64,000 nucleotides of DNA, taken from Eledone cirrhosa. Its lineage: Eukaryota. The notes under the pieces were generated by a model. The model did no database searches. It was given only the letters and a program-made list of their open reading frames with translations, and was not told the origin of the DNA. Made by a program: the position numbers and the translations under genes. Positions 54,490 through 64,000 of the stretch are shown here, piece by piece; the stretch's first letter is position 1, and each line of letters opens with the position of its first letter. Where the stretch lies: positions 26,226,001 to 26,290,000 of the forward strand of contig OZ024754.1 of NCBI GenBank assembly GCA_964016885.1, read 5' to 3'.

Positions 54490-56070
54490 CATGGTGGCTG
54501 CCAACTCGTTTTCGAGTACGGCCACTACTTTATATCCATGTAAGAGAACCCCTACCGAAGCGCTGAACGAGTGTGACTTTTTAGTCCAGCCAGCGACTTG
54601 AAAACTCTGGTACAAACACTACACCTGTGACAATTATTGACACATAGTGCTGGGCCCATGGTACCATGTGAGGACAAGTGCAGAGAGATCTCCAGATATA
54701 AAGCAATGCCTGTGCCGTGAAGCTTTTATAGTGAGCAAAGGCACTGCACAAAGCCAGTCCCACTCTCTTAACCAAGATGATATTTACCAAAAAGAAGAAC
54801 AAGTCAACATCATTGGATACCATCAGGGTTGCAGGTGTTATATCAGAGTTTTCCTTCTCCTAGAATTCTGCCTTGACAAAGGCTAAGGGGTCATCTCTCC
54901 CGGTGATTTTGGATGGCCATTGACTCTTAAGAGCTCCTTTGCCCTTTGATATATATATATATACATACATATACACATACATACATACACATACATACAC
55001 ATACACATACAGACATATATATACATACATATACATATACAGACACATACATATATACATACATATACATACATACACATACATACACATATACAGACAT
55101 ATATATATACATATACATAGACACATATATATATACACATACATACATACACATATATATACAGACATACACATACATATATATACAGACACACATACAT
55201 ACATATATACAGACACATATATATACATATATACAGACATACACATATACATATACATATACATACATATATACATACACACATACATATATACAGACAT
55301 ACACACACATACATATACATATATACATACACATACACACATACACACATATATATATACATATACATATATACATACATATACACATACGGACATATAT
55401 ATACACATACATATACATATACATATACAGACACATATATATATATACATACATACACACATACACACATATACATGGTGGCTGCCAACTCGTTTTCGAG
55501 TACGGCCACTACTTTATATCCATGTAGGAGAACCCCTACCGATGCGCTGAACGAATGTGACTTTTTAGTCCAGCCAGCGACTTGAAAACTCTGGCACAAA
55601 GACTACACCTGTGACCATTATTGACACATAGTGCAGGGCCCATGGTACCATGTGACGACAAGTGCAGAGAGATCTCCAGATATAAAGCAATGCCTGTGCT
55701 GTGAAGCTTTTATAGTGAGCAAAGGCACTGCACAAAGCCAGTCCCACTCTCTTAACCAAGATGATATTTACCAAAAAGAAGAACAAGTCAACATCATTGG
55801 ATACCATCAGGGTTGCAGGTGTTATATCAGAGTTTTCCTTCTCCTAGAATTCTGCCTTGACAAAGGCTAAGGGGTCATCTCTCCCGGTGATTTTGGATGG
55901 CTATTGAGTCTTAAGAGCTCCTTTGCCCTTTGACAGGTTTTGTTTTTAGTCCTGCAGGATGTCCAAAGTCACCCTCCTCACCAAGAAACCTTGGTGGGGT
56001 TGCCAGTTTAGTCGCCAACGACCCGACCATGGGACAGGTTGTACTGGGATACATGTTACCAGTAGCACCA
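54490..56070 (-). mobile_element. Two tandem copies of the 560-bp retroposon separated by (AT/AC)n
   Basis: 54490-54947 (5'-truncated) and 55473-56070, both homologous to 20697-21255. Confidence 0.8.
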
Positions 56071-56095
56071 TATATACATACATATGTATATACAT

Positions 56096-56128
<33 letters not shown>

Positions 56129-56209
56129 CGTATATATATAAGCAAAAGGGATATTCAATTTGTTGGTCATTTTTTCCTGGTTACGTCAATATTTATAAAA
56201 CAAACTTTG

Positions 56210-56270
56210 TATTTTATCTGATGAGAGCGCACCAAAGTTTTGGTACCCTTGAAATATATATAATAGAATA
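56210..56270 (+). ncRNA. Minimal type-I hammerhead
   Basis: TATTTTAT-CTGATGA-long stem II-GAAA-TATATA-TA-ATAGAATA. Confidence 0.7.
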
Positions 56271-56418
56271 AATATGGTTTTATAAATATAGTTTCCATTT
56301 ATTTAATATCATTGAATATATCTCTCTCTCTATATATAAATATCTATATCTATATATATAAACACATTTCTAAACCATCTTTATTAGTAACCTCCCAACA
56401 CCTTGTCCCTTTTAATTC

Positions 56419-56507
<89 letters not shown>

Positions 56508-56510
<3 letters not shown>

Positions 56511-56795
56511 CAGAACAAGGGAGAGGCACAAAACAAAGAAAATAATCCCCAGTCACTGAAGAGGTAACAGAGTGTGCGACGAAAGAACTTTGACAATATA
56601 TTAACAACCGTTCGGTTGTGGAACCAACCAACCAACCGGAAATTTATAAATTTAATTTATAATAAATTGGAGTGAAAGCAGCAACTGGTGCGTGTGTTTC
56701 TTATTGGCAACATGACCCTGCTAAAGTATAACAATATCGGTTTCAACACACGTTTTCTGATAAAGAATCTTGCTAAACAAATTCAGAAACGACAC
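56508..56795 (+). mobile_element. Solo pLTR with hammerhead (56552-56594)
   Basis: Same family as 38260-38562; CTGAAGA core; (TA)n on both sides. Confidence 0.8.
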
Positions 56796-56891
<96 letters not shown>

Positions 56892-57141
56892 GCATATATA
56901 TATATATGCATTCGAATAGTACAGTACCTGATTTTTGTATAAAAATAAAAATCTCTTAAAATCTTTATGAATGTGAAATAAGTCAGTAATTCTCTTATCA
57001 GTGGAGTTAGATAAAGAAATGCAATCAGCACCTGCAGTAGATTTAGGTTTACAGCAGCAGTGAGAAAATTGATTTAATCTGGAGGAAAGGATAAAAAAAA
57101 AAGTGGAAAAGATATATCTATAAATGTGTATATATATATAA

Positions 57142-57192
<51 letters not shown>

Positions 57193-57255
57193 GGTAAGGA
57201 ACCAGATGGACCATAACACACCAGAGTACTCAATACTTAGGGTAGTAGAGTGGGA

Positions 57256-57374
57256 AATAGGAAAAAGTATGACCCCGACGGCAGAGCTCAAGCCGTTTCG
57301 ACGGCTATTTCTGGACTCCAGAAATACCCGTTGAAACGGCTTGAACTCTGCCGTCGGGGTCATACTTTTTCCTA
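57256..57374. repeat. About 59-bp-arm near-perfect hairpin
   Basis: ATAGGAAAAAGTATGACCCCGACGG...CCGTCGGGGTCATACTTTTTCCTAT. One arm also occurs at 12212-12275. Confidence 0.9.
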
Positions 57375-57394
57375 TATATATATATATGTATATA

Positions 57395-57532
<138 letters not shown>

Positions 57533-57616
57533 CGTGTGTGTGTGTGTGTGTGTATGTATGTGCGTGTGCGTGTGTCTGTATATATATATACATATATATT
57601 TATATATATATATAAA

Positions 57617-59827
57617 CTGGGTAGTGACCACCGGCTTGTTATGAGTGAGGTCCAGGTGAGCTTAAGAAAGAGCAAGGCTCAACCCCGGAGAGCAATCTAT
57701 GACTGGGGAGCTTTCAAGGAAGATGATAAGCTACAGGAGAGGTTCACAGTGGAAGTGAGAAACAGGTTTAGTGCTCTGTGTGGAGAGTCAGAGGAGAGAG
57801 AGATTGGATGGACTGAGGAGAGTGTGACGAGGAGGTACGGGCACTTCACCAATGCAGTGGCGGAAGCAAGTGAAACCCAGGTGCCGAGGAAAAAGAACAA
57901 AGGGAAGCACGCCAGCTCTGCAAACCCAAAAGTGTGTGCAGCCAGAGAACACCTGAAAGCTGCCAAGGACCAATTCTATGCTGATCCTACGGAGGAGAGG
58001 ATGGAGACTGTGGAGGTGATGAGGGAAGAACTCTGTACCGCTTACACTGAGGTCAGAGAGGAGACACTGCTAGAGAAGATCAGAAGTGTGGAGAGAGCGG
58101 TTGACAGATCTGGATGTAAGGAGAGCTGGATGATCATCAACGAGATCACAGGGAGGAAGAGAAGGTGTTCGAGTCAGATCCAGGGAACGGGGCCCGAGGA
58201 TAGGAAGAGGAAATGGCTAGACCATTTTAGGACCCTACTAGGAGAGCCACCCTCCACAGTCCAGAGCACTGGGGAGATCAGGCGGCTGTTTGAGGAACTG
58301 GATGTTGAGACAGAGCCCTTCACCAGAGAAGAGCTTCAGAGAGCCAAGAAGAGGATCAAGGAGGGCAAGGCTCATGGAGAAGATGGAGTGGCAAGAGGTG
58401 ATGAAGAGGTGTGATTTCGATGATATCATCCTGGGGTTCTGTAACGGGGAACTGGAAAAGGAGTTGCCTCGAATCAGTGGAGGATCAGTAACATTGTCCC
58501 AGTGCCAAAGAAGGGAGATCTCTCTAACACCAACAACTACAGGGGGATCTCACTGACGTCACTTGTGGCAAACACCCTCAACAGGATGATTCTTAACAGG
58601 ATCCAGCCTGAGATGGAGAAGAAGCTCAGGGACAACCAGAACGGCTTCAGAAAGGGTAGATCAACCACCAGTCACATCCTGATGCTGAGGAGGATATTAG
58701 AGGGAGCGAGAGCAAAGTGCCTTCCTGCGGTCATGGTTTTCATTGACTTTAGGAAGGCCTTTGATTCTGTGGACCGTTACTGCTTGATAAAGATCTTACA
58801 GGCTTATGGAATCCCCAAGAAGATAGTGGACCTGATATAACTGCTCTACACCAACACCAAAGCCCAAGTCATTACACCTGATGGGATGACAGAGTTCTTT
58901 GAGATACTGGCTGGAGTGCTCCAGGGAGATACATTGGCTCCCTACCTTTTTATCATCGTAGAGGACTATTGTATGCGCCTTGCACTGGAGAAACACCAGG
59001 ACTCTGGCTTTACTGTAGCACCGGCTCAGAGCAGGAGAGTTAGGGCGAAAAAGGTATCGGATGCTGAATTTGCCGACGACATAGTTTTGGTGACAAATAC
59101 AGTGAAGGAGGCAGAGGATTTGATGCGGGAGGTTGAGACTGTGTCGATGAGTGTGGGGCTGAGAATGAATGAGACTAAAACAAAATATCTGGTAGAGAAT
59201 GTTGAGAAGCCAGAGGGGATCACTAATGTAGGCGGGAAGCCGCTGGAATCGGTTGAGGACTTCCTGTATTTGGGAGCAAAGATTGGGAATACGGAAGAGG
59301 ATGTGGTTGAGAGGAAGAGCAAGGCCTGGGCGGCGTGCCACAGCTTGAGATCGGTGTGGAAGTCGGACCTTCGTAGAGACCTGAAAATCCGCCTATTCAT
59401 TGCTGTAGTGGAGTCTGTGCTGCTGTATGGGTCTGAGACTTGGACACTGACCAAGAAACTCACTCAGATGGTGGATGGGTGCTACACGAGAATGCTGAGG
59501 ATGGCTCTGAACATTAAACAGTATACACTGAGGATGAAAAACTCAGAGCTGTATGGGAGCATCCCAAAAGTCAGCTCAAAAGTGACACAGAGCAGACTGA
59601 GGTTAGCTGGACATGCTCACCTATATCCAGAGTTGACATTGCACTCAGTGCTCCTTTTGGAGCCCCTATATGGACACACTAGAAGAGGAAGACCAAGGTT
59701 AACGTATGTTGATGCCCTAAGGACAGACACTGGCCTGTTGGAGACGCAGGACATGGCAGCGATAATGAGGGGCAGAGACCGCTGGAGAGAACTCGTCCAT
59801 GGATCTCGGGAATTTTACCCGCCTTAG
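57617..59827 (+). mobile_element. 5'-truncated RTE-clade LINE
   Basis: SDHRLV, NYRGISL, QNGFR, FIDFRKAFDSV, GVLQGDTLAP, FADD, FLYLG, LLYGSETW and LAGH. Frameshift near 58390, stop at 58838. The final stop codon runs straight into (AT)n. Confidence 0.92.
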
Positions 59828-59892
<65 letters not shown>

Positions 59893-59928
59893 CGTGCGTG
59901 TGCGTGTGTCTGTATATATATATAAATA

Positions 59929-60039
<111 letters not shown>

Positions 60040-60173
60040 AGGCTAAATCCCGCACCCAGCGGTTTCAGCTTAAACTGACACTGCCTGGAGCCGGTAGTGA
60101 TCACGCTCGACCTTGGGATCGATAGCCCATAAGACTTGTGGATTCCCGAAAATAAATAAATATATATACTCGT

Positions 60174-60230
<57 letters not shown>

Positions 60231-60386
60231 ACCCATATATTGTGTATGGGGACAATATATTATCTGTCATTAATAGGGATTGTTTACTTCGAAGTTTCGC
60301 CGAAGCCATCAGCTTTGATAAGCTGGCAATATAGGCAAAACAGCCACTATTAATATATAAACAATATATCATACACACACACACAC

Positions 60387-60433
<47 letters not shown>

Positions 60434-60884
60434 TAGTATAGTGCTTAACGCAATTTTCCTCCACCCTTAGCGTAGTTCCCGGGAGGATTTAGATGTGTGG
60501 TAACCGGCTTCCACATAGTTTCTGTTTTCCCATCTTCACTCTGAAAGTTTTTGTTTACCAGAAGCTATGCTAAATGGTGCTTGGTAAAGGTGCTACGCAG
60601 TGAAATCAAACACAGGAACATGATTTCAAAGCGAACATCTTACCCATCAGGCCACACATGTTTATCACTAGTGTGTGTCACTAGTATGTATCATTGCCAC
60701 GTTTACTGCTTTGATAGTTCTGGATCAATTCAGTTGTACTACTGACATCAGATGTCACTACAGATGACACAACAGAAAAAACAAATCCAAAGCAATAAAA
60801 ATGAAAACATTAGCAGGCGTCAAATTTAACGACATAAATTCCTGATTTACTTTCATATAAGTTAATATCTGTATACAACCACTA

Positions 60885-60975
60885 CAACGGTACGCGATGG
60901 GGCCCACCCACAGCCCCGGCGGACAGAATGGAGAAGGCGTTTCCCTCGAGGACGGCAAGGGAGACGCGCTGGTAT
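60885..60975 (-). mobile_element. CRE-like RLE retroelement 3' end
   Basis: QRVSLAVLEGNAFSILSAG...PL*. Confidence 0.6.
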
Positions 60976-61334
60976 ACTAATAGCAAAATATGGCGGAGCA
61001 GTGTCTGGTCGAAGTACCACATTACTTCGTTTAGACAAGGGAGTTCCATCTAATTTAACGATAAGAAACAATTGTATATTCCTCGTGCAGTATTATTGTG
61101 TAAAAATAAATGAAGTTATTTACCGCTTTGATGCCAAACCGTCTGAAACTGTCCATGATTCTTCGACAGAGATCTGTTTATTTGGAAGTGTTTGTATTTA
61201 TCTAAAATCCATCCATCCTAATTTTATGGAAGATGTTTTGTTAAGTTATGTCCCAAACACCAGCATGATAATGAGAAAGATACTTATATTTACTAAACCT
61301 GTTCAAATCTTTGATTATTTCGAAAATGAATTGA

Positions 61335-61690
61335 ATATCATAGACAGTGTCTTTCAATGGAAATATGGTAACGAAAAGGTTAAAGACATAGACAGTATGT
61401 ATCATTTGAAATATGGTTACAAAAGTATTAAAGATATAGACTGTGTCCATTCATTGGAAATATGGCAATTAAATGTTTTATTTATCTAAAAAAAGAAACA
61501 TCCAACATTTTATATTAGAATCTTTGTTTTTCTATAATGAAAAATTATTATAGACCTCTCTAAATTCTTGGTCATTTTCAGAATTATTGGAAAATTATAG
61601 ATAGTGTCCGTCATTGAGAATATGGTAACGAAAGGGTTCAACACAGACAGTATCTTTCATTAGGAATATGGTAACGAAAGGGTTAATCTT
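61335..61690. repeat. Diverged 45-50-bp repeats ending AAGGGTTAA
   Basis: About five copies of AGACAGT.T.T.TCATTGG.AATATGGTAACGAAAGGGTTAA. Confidence 0.6.
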
Positions 61691-62790
61691 TCAACGAATA
61701 TACTTGCTTCAGCCATAATTCTTATAGTAAATTTTATTTGGTCCGGACATTTGGATCAATTTGATTAGATTGTAAAAGCTGCCCAAAGCAATTCTAAGAG
61801 CAAGGAAGTCCTGTTGATGGAACAGCTGGAATAATCAGGATCAAAACGACGGAAGGCCACCCATTGAAATATAATATCAAGTAAAGGGTAGACCTCCACT
61901 GGATTTGTCGGTAAGTATTCCAGTAAGTTCATTCAACTTATTGCTTGGCTGTTCCTCTGAATGAACGTGTAAACAGTCGAACATCCTATAGACACGTATT
62001 TCCAGAGAGATTCAGCGTGACACATTCTGTGACAGAGCTGTCCCTTTGAATTACAGTTATGGTCAATCAGATGGGCTTAAAAACACTTTCCACCTCCCCA
62101 AATTCACTCACAAGGCTTGCTTTTACTCGGAACCAAGGTATGATAAATAAATAAATAAACTTGCCAAAGATACCATGTACCGCTATCGAACCCGATACCT
62201 TAAGATGGGGAAGTGAACTTCTTAACCACCAAGTAAAGAATATTTAAGTTAAACTAAAGTGTATAAATGTAACAAGCAGACGATCGCCGTGGGTGATGAT
62301 GTCACGTCGGTGGTCGTCTCATATTTTAAGTAGTTTATCATTTGAGCTGTCATAACTAATCTTATCTTTCACCATATTTTTCTTTCAAACCAAATCTCCA
62401 ATTTATCACTATCTTTCACGCTTTACCACGATTTTCTCTCCATCTTCTCTGCCAATGAAATCTCTCAAAGTCTCTCTTTTGATGTCTCTCCTCGTCCCTT
62501 TAGTCTTCTCCTCTTCTTCCTTTTCTCGTTCTCTCACACATTCTCCTCTATCCCTGTCAATGTTTCTGACCCTCCCTCTTCCCCGTCATATTCTCCCGCC
62601 CCAGTTTTCCCCATCTATCTCTTTTTTTCCAACAGAACTCCACCAAATTTCTTTTTCTTTTATTTGTGTCCAACTCCCCCGATTTATAATATATGCCGCG
62701 AAGCCATTGCTTTCATACTTACACACACACATATATATGTACACACACACACATGTACACACACACACACAAACACACACACAATCACAC

Positions 62791-62821
<31 letters not shown>

Positions 62822-62865
62822 CAGAGTAGGGCATAAAGATAGCCCACATTTTGAAAGGATATAAT

Positions 62866-62890
<25 letters not shown>

Positions 62891-62896
<6 letters not shown>

Positions 62897-63312
62897 GTTA
62901 AAAATGTACATCCACATATGTATACTGAAATACTAGTATGCATATGAATACACACACGTGTACATATGTAGATGTACCGAGTTTTTCACTGGTCACTTTA
63001 CTGTGAGTGTCCAGCTATTCTGTATGTAAACACCGGAAGATAGGTAAATATTGCTGATGAGATGTAACAACATCGAAACTAGTCCAATATTCCTTGTCTG
63101 GCTTTCTGGAGAATAGAGGAAAGGTGTTTCCTCAAAAACCAGTATGACTCTAAAAACCGGTTTGTCTGTGTGTTTACATACAGAATAGCTGGACACTCAC
63201 AGTAAAGTGACCAGTGAAAAACTCGGTACATCTACATATGTACACGTGTGTGTATTCATATGCATACTAGTATTTCAGTATACATATGTGGATGTACATT
63301 TTTAACTTAATT
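62891..63312. mobile_element. 143-bp inverted repeat enclosing a hammerhead
   Basis: Arms 62891-63033 and 63170-63312. Confidence 0.85.
63047..63091 (+). ncRNA. Canonical minimal type-I hammerhead
   Basis: AATATTG-CTGATGA-GATG-taacaa-CATC-GAAA-CTAG-TC-CAATATT; perfect core, GUC site, palindromic stem III. Confidence 0.88.
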
Positions 63313-63379
63313 GTTTAAGCGTCAGTCATACAAAAGTGAGTTACAAACGAAACGAAATTTAATTTCGTTTCGTTATTTG

Positions 63380-63421
<42 letters not shown>

Positions 63422-63429
63422 TATATATA

Positions 63430-64000
63430 TAATTTCGTTTCTGAATTTGTTTAGCAAGATTCTTTATCTGAAAACGTGTGTTGAAACCGATATTGTTATA
63501 CTTTGGGAGGGTCATGTTGCCAATAAGAAACACACGCACCAGAAACCAGTTGCTTTTACTTCAATTTATTATAATAAATTTATAAATTTAGGAATTTATA
63601 CATTTCCGGTTGGTTGGTTGGTTGGTTCCACAACCAGATGGCTGTTTATATATTGTCAAAGTTCTTTCGTCACACATTCTGTGACCTCTTTAGTGACTAG
63701 GGATTCCTTTCTTTGTTTTTGTGGCTCTCCTTTGTTCTGTCCCACGCCATCTTGTTTCTGTGTGTGTGTTGTGTGCTCAGTCTGCGCATGCGCCTCATCC
63801 GGGTGTCTGTGTGTGTTTATATTCGTTTATTTATTTGTTTATTTACATGTTACTGGTTGGTTGTTTGTTCTATGTGCGTGTGTGTTTTCATTCTGTCCTT
63901 AATTGTAAGTTGTGATGTTGCTGTTCCACTCATATTTTCTATTTAATTTTGGTTGGAGTTCATTTATGTTTATTCCCTCTGTGATTTGTCTAAACAATGC
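63430..64000 (-). mobile_element. PLE 3' end and pLTR (family of 37623-38562)
   Basis: Reverse-complement homology; hammerhead at 63655-63697 with a mutated CTAAAGA core. Confidence 0.85.

Noticed and set aside
61001-61489. 162-aa ORF
   Set aside because: GTG start, AT-rich, partly made of tandem repeats, no recognisable motif.
61728-61916. Possible exon ending at a G|GTAAGT donor
   Set aside because: Stops in all three frames from the nearest acceptor and no partner exons; a UTR or lncRNA exon cannot be excluded.

Overview
This is AT-rich, microsatellite-dense metazoan DNA with one N gap (about 21495-21694). The SINE families and repeat style suggest a coleoid cephalopod (octopus-like); that assignment is an inference. 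One host gene can be rebuilt from splice sites: a 6-exon minus-strand EFCAB2/DRC8 gene (170 aa, 8684->3503) that the ORF track misses. Almost everything else is transposon-derived: CR1/L2, RTE, Tx1/L1, R4/Dong-like and CRE-like LINE pieces, several Penelope-like elements (PLEs), Helitrons, Tc1/mariner MITEs and many tRNA-derived SINEs. The most striking hidden layer is about a dozen minimal type-I hammerhead ribozyme motifs from several distinct sequence families. Most lie in short, non-coding fold-back or direct-repeat units set in (TA)n microsatellites. Different retroelement clades also appear to favour different microsatellites: Tx1 in (ATCT)n, and PLEs and one RTE in (TA)n. All calls come from reading the sequence by eye; no searches were run.
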